Below are positions 1 through 14,776 of a stretch of 64,000 nt of DNA, piece after piece. The DNA lies in contig CAJFCJ010000013.1 of the NCBI GenBank assembly GCA_904063045.1, forward strand, positions 1,625,159-1,689,158, given 5' to 3'. This DNA comes from Dimorphilus gyrociliatus (Eukaryota > Animalia > Annelida). Numbering within the stretch: position 1 is the first letter of the stretch; each line of letters opens with the position of its first letter. The notes beneath the pieces are model-generated. The model was not told where the DNA came from and did no database searches. It saw only the letters and a program-made list of their open reading frames with translations. The position numbers and the translations under genes are program-made.

Positions 1-229
1 GTGCATAGGGCTTTGGTGATTTCGTAGATAGTGCAGGCTTAGAATTGCCTGTTGACAAGCAATATGAATCGTAAATATTATTTTATTAAAAAAAGAGTAT
101 ATTCAGATTTATATAGAGAATCATTGGTTTCTATTACAACATTTATAAGGTTGCTGTTTTACTTCCTTTCCTTTAAATGACATGAAATCTTACAATATAT
201 TAGTGTATATTTATATATATAAACATTTA

Positions 230-274
<45 letters not shown>

Positions 275-3200
275 TAAAATAAAGCTACTTTTCTGCTTCT
301 AATATATACAGTATATACCAGAGACAAAGTGAAAATAGCTATTTTCCATCTAAAAATACGCTTTTAAAACAGTTTGAATAGCTTAAATTAAAAGCTAATA
401 AGGAGAGATCTAAAAAAATAATTTATCAAATAATCCCGTTCTTCATTTGAACAATTGGTGAAACGTTAAGGGAAAAAACAAAAAAAGAAAAACAGAACGT
501 TTTTTTTTATTTAATCAATAAATTTACTTTCTTTTCCTTTTCTTTTTTATAATACAAATATCTAACATATAAAACATGCATAAATTGATTGGTTGGAATG
601 AGTTGAATAACTAAAAACTACGTCAGTGTTTATAATAATATATCGACACCTGTACCTCTAGCAGTTTCAAAAGTTTCGTTAACTTTCGCGAGAAAATCCA
701 TATTCTTATCCTTTAACCCTTTAAAAATTATTTCGTTTTTGCTAAATATAAATATAAAAAGAGAAAAACACAGACACATACAGGACATATATATAATAGA
801 ATATATATATATATATATATATATGTACAAGCTGTATATAAATAAATGTACCATATATACATCTATATCTATATATTTTCAATAGAAAGTTTAAAAAAAC
901 CCTCATGCAAAGAGAAATGTAAATATATATATTTGAAAGCAGTATTTACTTACCAAAAATTTCTGATAATTTGGAAGAAGCACTTTCGGTAACATCGTCC
1001 AATTGATTGCTTATAGTTGAGAAAACCGAACTTTGAGATTCGGTTCTTGCTTTTGTTGATGGTGATGACAACGTTGCTTGTTTTTCTTGTATATTTTCTC
1101 CTTTTTGACTTTTTTGACTATCCGAACGACTTAAACTCTGAATAAGTAGTTTTTGTTATTGATTTTCGTTTAAAAATACGTACACAAACAAGTATTTAAA
1201 AAAACTTGTTATTGAGTAAAAAAACAACTTATAAAATGAGAAGAGGGAGAGAGGAAAAAAAAACAACTGACGAATGAGTATTTTGTAAAAAGAAGAAAAA
1301 TACGTGATTACAATCATTAAACGGATCTGTATTTCGATACAGATAATGGGCAACGACAAGTTTATTTCCTAAAAGACGAAGAACAATTCAATGTCGGTCC
1401 GTCCGGCTGACAAAATGGGGGCGGGGGAGAGGAACTATTGAGGAAAGAATAAATAGTTGGAAAGTGCGTGACGAAACTATAATTAACTATAAAAAATTAC
1501 GGTACATTCTCAGCAAAAAAAGGAAAATATCTGAGTACAACATGTAGTCTTATCACGAACCCTGCTTTTTAAATTCGGCGGTGGAGGACGTTGCGGTCGC
1601 CCTGGAGAACCTGAAGTCGGAGTTTGGGGCGTTGGCGATTCCGGTTTTCCGGAAGACTTCAACTGTTGCATTCCCCTAGCCGCCAAATTCCCCGAATCAT
1701 AACGGAAATATTCTCCTTCGCACTGCCGCGCACATTTGTTTTATTGATTTTTTTTTGTCGTTATAGTTTTTTTTAAGCCGTAATAGTCGTTTTTTTCATG
1801 GTATTTTTTTTGTTATTTCAAATAAAACGACCAAAACGGTAAATACAAAAAATACAAAACAGAAACATTCTGTTGCATTTACCTTTTGTGAAGATGTTTT
1901 TGTCTTTTCATCAGGATGTGGTGGCACATCCGCCAATGGAAATTGCGGTCGGACATTTGTCGAATAAGTAGGGCTACTGGAACCATCTGTCGAATCTGAA
2001 TCTTCGTCAGGTCCACTCGTAGGAGCTTCTGGAACGTGTAATTTTGACGGCGGACTAAATACTCTAGATTCATCTACAGTTAGAACTTGGCTTTCGTGAT
2101 AGATTTCTGAATTGAAAAAAAAAATTAATTTAGACATTAAAAAAACTAATAGTAATCTTTATTCTTCTATGAGGAAATGAAATGATATTATTTGTACAGT
2201 ATTTTACATTTCATAGTGTGGAGAAGAGAAGGTTTTTTGTTAATTATTTGCTCGGGAATAAGATTACATAATATTTACCTGGAGTTTCGCCATTTATTTC
2301 ACTATTTTGTATGTCTATAACAAAATCGGATAAAGATGAATAACTAGAACTTGTTGATGCAGCACCCTCTTCGCTATCACTTCCACTTTCGTCTAGAAAA
2401 TTGATGATTGAGAATGTTTAATTAAGATAATATCACGTAAAAATTGTTAACCTGTAGGAACATCATCAGAAGTTGCCTGTTCTCTCAACGATCTAACAGC
2501 GGCACCCAGCGTTGACGTTTCCTCATCGAAAAGGGGAAAGGCGATGAGTTGAAGTTGTTGACTATACCACTTAGGTTTATCACCAATCTGCTTAGGATCA
2601 ACTGTCCAAGTTTGCACCCTTGCAAATGCATCATTCGATGGCCTGAGTAGCCATTCAGCGAAATATTCTACAGCCTGAGTCCGAGCTAGCTTACTAGTAA
2701 ACTGACTCTGTATCGGCCGCGATTTACAAAAGCTAGCCATTTGGAAAGCAACAACGGGTCTTGGATACAATCTTAACGTTCTAGTATGTTCCGATAGATT
2801 CCCAAGTATGTTTTGCGAATTGAAAAATCGTACCTGTTTTAATTATTTTATAGATGAGGTAAGAAAAACTCACTTAAATATATATTTTTTAACAACTAAA
2901 GAAACCTTACCATAGCAACTCTTGTAGCTACATCGACTGAATCTATGTCATTTCCGTAAATTAACGGATTAAAACCCGTCGACGTAGTGGTCATACTTTC
3001 TCTTCGAGCCTGCCACAAATCAGGATTTTGTGCCAAAGCATCCAAATTCTTTATGGGTTGTGGATTCATGCTCATACTCGCCAAGGCCTAATAAAAAGAA
3101 AATGTTAACATTTTCTGTCATACTGCATCATATTTATAGAATAGTTAAATAAATACAGCAAATCATCTATGTGGAATTATTGAATTTTTTTAATTATAAA

Positions 3201-5982
3201 AAAGTATATAATCCTCTCTTTTTTTTTCCTCCTCAAACTCCTGCATTTACTCTCTTCAATACTCTAATTAAAAGATTTTTCTTTAAAGAAAATAAAAGTA
3301 AGAAGGTAGAAAGGAATAAAGAAGGAAGAAAAATAAGGCAAGGTATATACTTTATATGTTCATAATGTATATGTAAGAGAAGAATAAATTCTTTTAAAAA
3401 AACAAGAAAAACATATACGTCTTTGCCAAGGTTAATTAATAAAATAGCTTGAAAGAAAACGCTTACACCTTAACAGAAAATAAAACAAGCAATACGTTAC
3501 ATTGGCTTTGATAAATAAAAAAGATTAATATCATTGTTCTTTCTCTCTCTTTTTTTAATATAAAAGCTTAAAGCAAGCGATGCTCGTTATAGAATCTTTT
3601 ATACTGTCTCTGGTTAACTTACATTTTTGTTGTAATCGCTTTTAGTCTGTAACTAACGAATAACTTCGGACGTTAATATTGTATATAAGAACACCAACAG
3701 TTATTCATTGCATTTAAATGATTAATAACCTGTTAAATTTTGTGTATTCTTTTTTAAAAAAAAAAAAAAACATGTTTTTTGCTATTTTTATACTTCTTAC
3801 TCTTTACATTTCTGCTTTTTCTTCTCTAATGTTCTCATTTTATCCTTTTTAATTACATTAAATTAAGCGGTGACTTTTAAAATGTTCAAGTTACATATAT
3901 TATAGAATCGTTTTAAAAACATATTATCTCTTAATATATAAATATGTATTTTTAACATCTCTATTCTCACTTCTTCTATTCTACATATCTTAATAGAATG
4001 GCGAATTTTTTTTATTATTCTTACGGCATAAATATTTCATATGCCTAATAGGCTGAATTTGATGCAAGAGTAAATTAGATTAAGCCAAAAAAAAAAATAA
4101 AATAAAGAACTTATAATGCATTTCTCGCACAGCAAAACTAAAAATAATCAACGATTTATGCTTTTTCCTCAAGGAATTCTAACTTACGCTGATATATTCT
4201 GGATTCCATAAAATTTCGGGCTAAATAATAACAACTACGTGCTAAAATTCTACAATAAACTTATGGTAAATACCTGTTTCAGATGGTTCTTTAAAGTAGA
4301 GGCTTCCGGCTCTGGAATTGTAGGTAAATCTTCGGCATTCTTTGGTTTCGTAATCTGAACGAGAAGATTATAGAAATATTATTAAGAAATATAATATACT
4401 TAATGTGAAAATTATTGTGTGTATCAACCGAGTTGGAATCAAGATCTATTAACCAAACATCATCGGGTAGACGGAAATTCTTTTTGTATTTCAGAAAAGT
4501 TGCCGGTATACCAATTATAAAAGGTGTAGGTGCTAGTAGTAGCTAGAAATAAATACAAGTTTGTTACAATATATAATTAGAATAACATATCTAGGTAGTA
4601 TATCTTATTATAGAGACAAATAAGAAACTATTGTAGGAAATTGTCAAAGATATTTTTACCTGTTCGGCCGAACTCATACACGTTGGTAGGAGTGGTATCT
4701 TAGGAAACATGTATTCCAATGGGTACAGCATGGATACGAAAGCCATTACACTCATTGTTAAAGCGTTATAGTCCCGAGATTGTAATATAACCTTTAAAAG
4801 AAAGTAATTATATTAGCATGCTATAAACGTGATAAGAAAGTAAACTCAGAAAAGTGAGACTAACCTTATGTTCTAGCATAATGCACGTTAATACTTTCAA
4901 ACATGTATCGACCCCGAGTAATTCTAGAGGTAGATGAAGGGGGAAATCAACCAATGAAAAACGATTTCGTTCGGGTAAAGCAAAAAGAAACGGTGAATAA
5001 ATATCGGATGGAAGCACTTCAACCTGTAAACAAATTAAAAATTTATTAGTTATACATATCATATTCGTAAAATTGAGTGAAAATTACCTCAACGCGAGTC
5101 TTTCCGGGTACCGGAACAGGAGCGCTGAGTAGCCTAAATATCCATTTTTCTATCTCTTGCACCTCTCTCATTACTAAACTGGGCATATTTTCTGTAGATT
5201 GACCAGTTAAAACACTCCAAACAGTATCCCTGAAGGTAGATTGTTTTTTTTTTAATAAAAATATGACAGGCATATATATATATATATACAGTATATAATA
5301 AAATTGGATGTTAATCAGATTAGCTATATTATCCAGGGAGTAGTTAAGGAGAATGTACAAACCTGTAGATGCATTTCGAACCTCCGGCTCTTTTAGGCCC
5401 TGATCTTTCGTTGCAAGCTTTAACAGTTTCCCTGAAGACGTTTAAACATTGCCTAAAAGTCTTAAAGAATGGATGATGACTTATAATGCAAAGAGATGTT
5501 AAAGTATTATTTCGAATTTTGGATGCTGTCTTTTTACGTCTCTGCGTGTGTGGCGATTTAGGAGAACGAGGTCTTTCCTCCTCCTGGGACGGAAGACTCA
5601 ACGATGAACTGCAATCCGACAACGAAGGAGCATGTCGATCAAATTTGTAGTGATCAGATACAGGAGCACGGCGTTCATATGGTCTATAAAAGTTCAAACA
5701 CATTCCATAACGTTCAACGCCGGAATCTTTTTCCGTTAGCGTAAATACGAATGAGGTGGATGATTGAAGAGCAGTTTTCTTTGCACTAACACTTATACAA
5801 CCCTCTGGTTGGCAAAAGAAAACAACATCCGGAGGAAGAGAAAAGTCTTTGTGATCTTCTACGGGATATCTTCGAAGTAGTTCAGGAGTCTGGGCAACAT
5901 TATTATTACGGGATGGATGCCGAGAACCCACAATAACGACATAATCCAGAAGACGAGGACAGAGATTCTTTTTTTCCGTCAT
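1..5982 (-). CDS. MADD: MAP kinase-activating death domain protein / DENN-domain Rab3 GEF (AEX-3 ortholog), multi-exon, 3' part runs off the window
   Basis: N-terminus [24 protein letters not shown]...[30 protein letters not shown] matches MADD. Later exons give [21 protein letters not shown] and [18 protein letters not shown]. Exon 1 is 5982-5363 with a GT donor at 5362. Span includes introns. Confidence 0.95.
235..273. repeat. (TA)n microsatellite; representative of many (TA)n and (AG)n tracts (e.g. ~13580, 22625, 27715, 42025-42075, 42860)
   Basis: Directly visible. Confidence 0.95.
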
Positions 5983-6897
5983 TATTGCATCGAAGCTTTT
6001 GGCACTGTCCTTTTTTATTATTTAAATATTCTTTCTTTACTTTGAGCAAAATTTTATTCCATGTATTGCTTTTGCTGTTTCATCTCTGTTGTAAACATAT
6101 TTCTCATGATTAATCATCAAATATACCTAATTAGTTTCAAAGCTATCTTGCCCTCAAATAAAATTTATTAATCTTTATATTTTTCTAAAATTACTTAGCA
6201 ATGACTTTCTAATAGATTAAAGAGCTTTTGAAATTTTCAACCAGTTCTTATAATTATAAACTTTGCATTTCTCTAGATTAATTTCGTTTTAAGAACACGA
6301 GTAGCAGCTGATGAGATGAGTAAATAGACCTATGGCATACCGATAGACGATTTTCGGCCAAAATCGAAGTTGTCCAAAAATAAAATAACGACAAAAATGA
6401 AAACTTACATAAGAAGTAACTTTTGTGACGCCTTCCACATCACATCACTTCCATTTAACGTATAATAACGCATAAATTAGATGATAATTAGTTCTCTACG
6501 TCAACTTCATTGATTCAATCCCAGTGTGCCTCAGTTTTTACGAGTTGTAGTAATTTTCGTTTATTCTTTAATTTTTATTATCTTTTAAAATATTTAATAA
6601 ATAATAACTTACTAAATAGTGAAGTTTAAACGAATTTTTAATAAAATTAATCTTATCACTAGATGGCGTTACCTTCCCAAACAAGATGGCGATTTGATAA
6701 CAAAAAACAGTTTGTCCCGTCACATTGTATTCCAATCTGCTCATCGGTTCGCATTACTTCTGACTGAAGTTTTCGAAGAGCAAAGGCCAACTATTTATTG
6801 TGCAAGGACTGCTCCACAGCGATCTTTACAAATTTAATCGGCTTTTTACTATTTCTTACTTTGGTTGGACCGCATTTAAATTTTTTTAACGAACAAA

Positions 6898-9288
6898 ATG
6901 TGTTCCCGAGATGCTCGCGACAAGATAAGCAGATATTACTTGGTTTTCCTAAATGTTCTATTCTTGGTAAGTTTTTCCTTCATCTAATTTAAAATTTAAA
7001 TGGAAAAGAAAATGAAAGAAATGAGGCTATGGAATTTCAACACTCTGACAAGTGCAGAAGTTACCCATTTTTTATATCACTGCTGTATTTTTTTTTTATA
7101 GTTTTCGTCGATGTAATATATTCATCTATTTTATATATATATATATATCTACATTTCAGCTTATCGGTTGTGCCCTTGGAACATTCGGCATCTGGCTAAG
7201 AATTGATAACGACATGTTAAACTCATTAAAAATTCTCAAAGTATCTCTTAGGGTAAGTTTTTACAATACAATACTTAGTTTATAGTCACCACGCAAGTAT
7301 TCAGAAAACCGCCAACTGCGATTTAGTCTTTTTTACTAGACCGGATCCTGGTAAAAAAAAAGAGAGCATTTTGTTCTCTTAAAAAAGTTGTATAAGAGGA
7401 AGGATGAAATAGAACATTTTTGATGATAATTATCTCTAACAGAGTGTATTATAAATCACCTAGAAAATAACCGCTTTTATTTGAGATATTTAACTTTATT
7501 TTAAGAGAATTATAAGAATATTTTTTACAGGTTAAAGCATTCACTTATAATTTATAAATATACAGTATATATATATATATATAGGCATAAAAGAGATATG
7601 AAAAATGAGTGAAATATCCCTGTTAATATTAATCAGAGTTCAATATAAAAATTTTCTATCTGGTTATAATAAGGATATTCATAACCTTGGGAGGTTAATT
7701 AATATTTAAATCCTTTACAAATAGAGAATATTCTTAATCAGAATAATGATTATTAATTATTGTCCTCGATAATATTGACTTAAATTTAGGGATTATGATG
7801 ATGAAAATAGTATATATTATTGTTTATATTTTTTCCAGGCCGATAATCTCCACCTTGCTTGCTATATAATGATTGCCGTTGCGGCTTGTATCATTTTTAT
7901 CTCCTTTTTCGGCTGTTGCGGAGCCTGTTTCGAAAAGCCTGGATGTCTACTATTTGTAAGTTGATCATTTGAAATAAGTTTTTTTATGCGATTTTCTATG
8001 ATTTTTATCAAACAGTATGCCGTGTTATGTTTGCTTATACTCCTATCGCAAGTTACCATCGCTGCTCTGGCATTTGTTTATAAGGATAAGGTATATTATT
8101 ACATATAGTATCGGTCTAGCAGTAATTTGCGATGCACTAATGTATTTTTGCTCAGGTTTTCAACTTTCTGAAGAAGAGAATGTCGTACGACGTGAAGCAT
8201 AAATATCAAAGAAAGTTTTTCGATCCTACAGCCGAGGTCGATGCATTTAGTTTGTATTGGGATATTGTACAAGTTAACGTAAGAATTAACTTTGTTTATT
8301 AATTGCTAGCAGTTGGTTAGACAACTTAATTAAAAATTTATTAATAACTGCTATAGCCGTGATATTAGATCATCATTATTTTTAATTAAGGAAAATCTTG
8401 ATTTGCTACTAAGTTTCGTTTAGTTGATACTCGCATTAAATAGGTTTAGATCTTTTGAGATGTATGAAAAAAAAGATTAAAACATATTCTTAACAGATGA
8501 GATGTTGCGGCGGTGGCGAGCCGAAAGATTATGAAAACAGTTTGTGGTATAATATAACCAAAGAACATACAGATACTCATGGGACAACGGTAGAGCTTTT
8601 TATTTTTTCTATTTATTTGAACATTTATTCTTGAACAATAACAAAACAAAAAGTTGATTACAAATAAATAATCTTTTTTAATAGGAGCCTGAATTGACTA
8701 GATACTTCGTACCTGACACTTGCTGCGTGCTACATAACAAAAATGTTGAAAAGCCTGATCCTGTAGATAGGGTAAAATGCCAAAAAGATGCCGACGAATA
8801 TATAAGAAAACTACACAACGGAGTTACTGACTATCTTCACGTTTATGTAAGTTTATTATTTCTTTTTTAATTATTCCTGCATTGAGATAAAAATAAAAAG
8901 TGGGTGGGGGCAGGAGGAAATCGTATGGTATTTTATAAGGCCATTTAATTAAGGATTATTAAAATAAGATTAGTGATTGCGGGATACCAATTTTATTTCA
9001 AATAATATTTACTAGTACTTTTATCTGTTGCTCTGATTATCTGCATGGTATTTTATTTATTATGTTATTTGATATATAATCTTTCTTCATTTTTCTGAAC
9101 AGAACTGCCACAGACGTTTAAAGGATTGGTTTGAGAAGAACGGCGTTTATATACTAGTAGTTGTCTGTTGCGTATGCGCTTTTCAATTCTTTGGATTCAT
9201 TGCTGCTTGTTGCTTGATTTCATCTATAAAAAGGGAAAATCGAATGTATCTATATAATAGCGTTTATCAAGGCGATAAGCCAATCTAA
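6898..9288 (+). CDS. Tetraspanin (305 aa, 8 exons)
   Basis: Exons 6898-6966, 7160-7252, 7839-7955, 8016-8090, 8156-8278, 8497-8589, 8685-8846, 9103-9288, all GT-AG and phase 0. Four TM segments, FFGCCGAC after TM2, and CCG and PDTCC motifs in the large extracellular loop. Confidence 0.93.
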
Positions 9289-12200
9289 AGTTGTCGTAGT
9301 ATCGTTTGTGAGAATTATTATGTAACCCAACGTATTATTTTTTTACTTAGACTAAGCTGTATGTTTAAAGTTAGATATTTTTTTATTTATATTATGTACG
9401 TAACTTTTTGAGCGAAGTGTAATTTTCATGTTCGTAACGAATATTTATAGTAACCAACATTCCGGTTGTGTTTGACTATTAATATCTACATAAATACATT
9501 TCGGCCTTATGCTAGCCAGTGTTTAATATGCTTGTACATGACACAAACAAACCGTAGTATTCGGGAGTGTAGTTGAAAAGTTTTGTCTTTATTTAACACC
9601 TTTATGAGGAATAACCACTAAACGATAATATACTTGGATTTTAATTATATATTGTATGTCTATATATACAACTCTTTTGGTGGATACTTCTACTTGCCAG
9701 TGAACAACTGTACGTTATTCGAATCTAGAAAACATTAAAGGGCTTCTGTAATCTTACTTTTTTTTTTTTTTTTAGTTTTTTTTTAAGCCTATATATACTT
9801 GATAAAAAAAGAAAAAGAAGAAATAAAATTTCAAAGAAATTTTACCGTCCCATTTTTGTCCAATGATAAAAAAAATTAAGGTTGATAGCTAATAGAAAAA
9901 TAATTTTAATCCAGTCATGTATCTATCGATTATTAAATCTCCTTTATGGATTTTTTTCCTTTTTAGAACTATAAATTAAAATCAATTACTTAACCGCAAA
10001 AAACAAAAAAAAAGATTATTAAATTTAGACATTACTATCGTAAACAATGCTAAAAATATGTAAATGACCCTTTTTTTGAATCTATATTATAAACTTGTTA
10101 GAATAAAGAATCCAGATTTTTTTTTTTTTGATAAAATTATTCACTTTTTTTCAAGTCATTAAAGTTATAAATATATCCTTTTTCTTTTCGCTACTAAATA
10201 TAACTAAGACAATAAATCTTTCTTAGTTTAATGGATAGCAGATGTCTAGGCTTAGCTACTAGAAATAAAAAAGGGGGCGGGGAGGGAGAGAGGGGGTTTT
10301 GAGGACGTACGTTTATAAAGATTAACCAAGAAGCCAACAGATGGCATAAGTAGCAATATTTGATGAGATTTTCACTACGTACCTTATTTAAACTTATACA
10401 GTACATGCAATATTTGAAAATATGGAATATTTTTTATATTATTCAAAAAAATGAGAGATAAAAGTATCCTAATAGAAACCTTGCTTTCATTTCTACAAGA
10501 TATTCTTTTATAGTTCTATTCAATTCAAATATGTATAAATATAAAGAACGAATAAAAAAGAAGAAAACGTTAAATAATCACAGTTTTATGCCTTTAAAAC
10601 TATTTTTTATAACTATATAATTATCTACAATACCTATCTGAACCTATCGTACATTCTAGCACCCTATAGTATATATTATATATTAATTTTTGTTGATTTC
10701 GATAATCGATCTATTGGAATTGACTCATAATTTATTTTTGGCTATAGCACTAAAAGAATATGTAAGAAGGTTGTCATGAACTACTACCCTGGGAATTGTT
10801 AGCCCACGCAAGATATGGTAGCCTTGCCAAATGAAGAGAAAAACAGAAAACAGCATTAAGTTCTTAAAAAAGAACATTTTTTCTCGTTAATCCCTTTTAA
10901 TGACGTAATTAATCCCAGGAGAAGTTTTGAAATTGTTATAAGGAAGTCATGTCATATGGCGAGATGGTAAGACTAGACAGTTGTATAGTTTAGAGAGAGA
11001 GAGAGAGGTACTATTAATATTTTAAGGAGGATGGTTAAGAGAGTGATTAAGCGGAAGAGGAAAAAGGATAGACTATTTTCTTTTATAGGTTAAACTAGAA
11101 TAGGAAATTTTTTGAATAAACAACGACAAATGCTTGACAATTAATCCTTCTTACTTAGTTCATCTAAAACGGATCAACTTCACTAAATTTGTTTTAAAAG
11201 AGCTACAGGCTTTTCCTTTAATTCCAACGTAATAAAATCCGATTACTCCTATAATCATGATAGTAAATTTTAGTTTATCTTCTTCGCTAATATTTTACAA
11301 GTTTATTAATTACAAAAGAATATTTTATGTCAACCTCATCATTCTTTAAAATTCCACCCTTCCCTCTTACATCCTTTCCTAAGCCGTTCCTTAATGAGTC
11401 TCTATTTAAATGACACGAGTAAAGGCTGATTTCAGTTTTCAACTATTTTATACAGTATACACAAGGAACCAAGAGTGAAAATAGATACATTTATCATTTA
11501 TTCATAGATCTTTGCTTATTCATCAATTATAAAAAAAAACGCTAGATGGAAATCAAGTATCAAGATTTTCTTATTATTTCTATATTTATATTTAAAGAAG
11601 AGATTTCCTATAAAGTAATCCTTGTCTATTTTTAAGTGATGAAAGCTGATATGAAGCTGATACCAAATCAAATATTTTGATTTTTGCCTTTCGCGTGATT
11701 CTTTATAATTCGATTTTGTTGTTTATCAATAGCGTCTGTTTAAAGACAAGGCCATAAATTGCATTTGTCAATTATCAATCAAATTTGTTCAGTGGTTTAC
11801 TGCCATTAGTGCATAGGTCTTTTGTTAAAATCAAATAATTGATGATTACCTCTTTTACTTAATGCCTTCTGTGATTGATTTAGACATATTATAAAACAGT
11901 CAAAACTACTCAATATCATATATCTAACTCTATCTGTTATTTTATTGCGTAAAGTTAGCAAATAAATATAAAAATATGGTTAAAACCAGTTACCGACCTC
12001 ACATACAGAATAGGCTTAGAGAAAATCGGTCAACCGATCCTTTATTATTTACATTCAAATACTGCACAGATCGTATAGAACGTTAACAGTGTATAGTAAA
12101 TGGAACAAAAAGCTAGATATATTAATAGTGCAACTAATGAAGAATAAATCTCCACTTGAATAAGCTTAATACGAATTTTTTAATAACTGGATACTGTAAA

Positions 12201-12850
12201 TATAAATTCTTTTAAGCGTTAACCTCATTTATTTCACTATTTTCGTGGGTGAAATGGCATCTCTATTTTTTTTCCTGTTTACTGAAAAAGCGAAAATTCT
12301 AAAAATAGACAACATCCAAACTCCACTAATAGGCGTTCAATGAACTTTAAATACATACATTTCATTACTAGCCTTGAAAGCTACCATATTCTTCTAAATG
12401 TATTATTTTTGTTCTATATTTCGAACATTTAAAATGGACTAAAAAATAACTAGAACATAAACACTTTCCTTCTATATTGAATGTTTTACTCAAGAAGAAA
12501 TTTATTTTTAAAGAATATTCTCTTTTATTTATACACAGAATACTGTATAAAATATACTGTATATTGATACTAAATCTATTCAATAATATGATTGTATATA
12601 ATACATATAATAATATAAATAATCTTTGATTTTCCTGAAGAAAGCACAATTTGTACCGTGTAAAACTTGTAAAACGAATAAAAACTGACATTTATAATAA
12701 GCAGTGACAAGCTGTCTAAGCTGGTATAACAGATATAGAAAAAAATTCTTATTTCTTAATCTTTTTCTTCTTTTGTTCTCTTCTTTGAAACACAGTGTTT
12801 CATAGTCAATTTTTGAAGGAGCTTGAAGAAGAAAGTGTCGAGAAAGAAGC

Positions 12851-12881
<31 letters not shown>

Positions 12882-12981
12882 AGGGGGAGAATATATATAC
12901 AGTATATATATATATATATATTTGATCAAATAAAGTTTAGGAGAATGAAGAGTGAATGATTAGAGTTGAGTATAAATTTTA

Positions 12982-13577
12982 TCATTCCTCCCATCCATTA
13001 TCTTTTATCATATGAGCAAGTTCAATAATAAACTTTCCTTCTTTGTACTTTTGGCTCGATTCGAAAGCATGTTCCTGTTCATATCGATAAATTATTTTAA
13101 AAAAATACTTGGTAACACAAGTATTATTTTACATGTCCTACTTAACATACTGTTATCATTTTAATACTATTGCGCAATAACTATACTCTACACAAATTTC
13201 GTATATTGAATAAGTAAAGTCATAAATATTATCATGAATCATTTGCTTACTTTACCAAGTACAAAGTAATACCTTATTTCAATTATCGTGGCGATCGAAG
13301 GTGATCAATTTTAGCTTGTTGTTTATGTTTAGGAATATTAATTAAATTACGCTCCTTTATCAATGATTCACTTATGATTCCCTAGAAAATATGCAAATAC
13401 GTCGATAAAAAGGTATGTAGGCTTAACAACAAAGGTAGGTAAAAAAATAGGGAAGTCTATAGAAATGGGCTTGCCTAATATAGTAGAGGAAAACGGTTAT
13501 TCAAAAACGTTTTGTAAAACACCTTTATATAACGATTAAAATAGAAATGAGAAATAAAGAGAAATGAGAGACAGGAT

Positions 13578-13615
<38 letters not shown>

Positions 13616-14776
13616 TAATTGAAAGAAATAATTGCAATATAGCAAAGAAAAAAAATGAAAACAACAAGAGCAAAATAGACTCTGATAGTAGAGGAATATA
13701 CCGCAATGAATAATTCACGATGTCATTTTAATAATATAATCAAGTCAATGAAGGCCGTTCAAGGTGACTCCTACTTGACAGAAAATAAGTATTTCTAGGA
13801 AATCGTACCCCATTCTGCCTGATATTTGCAATTAATTACTAGCTTACAAGGGAAAGAGATTAGTAAAAAAAAAGAGAAAATAGGGTGAAAGGATGCTAAT
13901 TAAAAGTGAACTTTCTCTTTCGTCGTAATTTAAATCTAGTCTCTGTCGATTTTCGTTACAAAACAAATTTACTCTACAATTCGAAATGAAAAGGAGCTTG
14001 ACCGATATATTGAATTATCTATCATCCTAAACATCATTAATCTTGTAGCGTATTACTGTTGATTAATGCTTAATAACGGTAAATTTTTCTTACGTATTTC
14101 CATCCCAGAGTTGTTTTACAACATTCACAAAATATATCGGCAACCGAATGCAGTCCTGTTAACAAAACCCGATCTTCGCACTGGCTCTGGCCTATATTCA
14201 CCCTGTAAAAAAACGTAAATAGACACTACATTAATAATTTTGGGCCTAGCTGATATGTAAACAAGGTACTATCTAGGTAACTACGGTTAAAAATAATAAT
14301 AGAAGAGTGAAACAAGCTGAGGCCTATTTTTTTTTCAAGTTATTGATCTTTAACAAGTTGATGAATTGTATTATTAAGATAAAAAAGAATAAAATAGATA
14401 AATAAATTGACGGGGAGATAGAGAAAAGAATAAGCAAGAATAAAGGGAATAGTACTTAAAAAACACGAAACTTATTCTACTCATAAAAAAGATAAAGATA
14501 CTAACACTGAATTGAAGAGATAAGCCCTTCCTTGACTGCCTTGGAAAGACTGTAAAAAAAATAAAAACAATGAGAATACAAGTTATTCGTCTAAAAATAA
14601 CTTCAACTTAAAGTCATTAGGTTACAAGGCAACGTCCTCGAGACAAATCTCTAGGAAAAGAATTTACTCACTTTAGATATAAGGTCATCGTGGTTTGCCA
14701 AATGAGCTCTACAATGAAGGCAACTGTATGTTCGATGACATTGAGAGGGTAAATACGCTTGGAACGTTTTCACCAT
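12982..14776 (-). CDS. YPEL: Yippee-like protein (YPEL1/2/3-like, 116 aa, 4 exons); absent from the ORF track
   Basis: Exons 14776-14672, 14549-14506, 14202-14094 and 13074-12982 splice in frame to [116 protein letters not shown], with two CxxC zinc motifs. Confidence 0.96.

Noticed and set aside
10787-10920. Short inverted repeat CCTGGGA...TCCCAGG
   Set aside because: Only 7-9 bp with no TSD; expected by chance.
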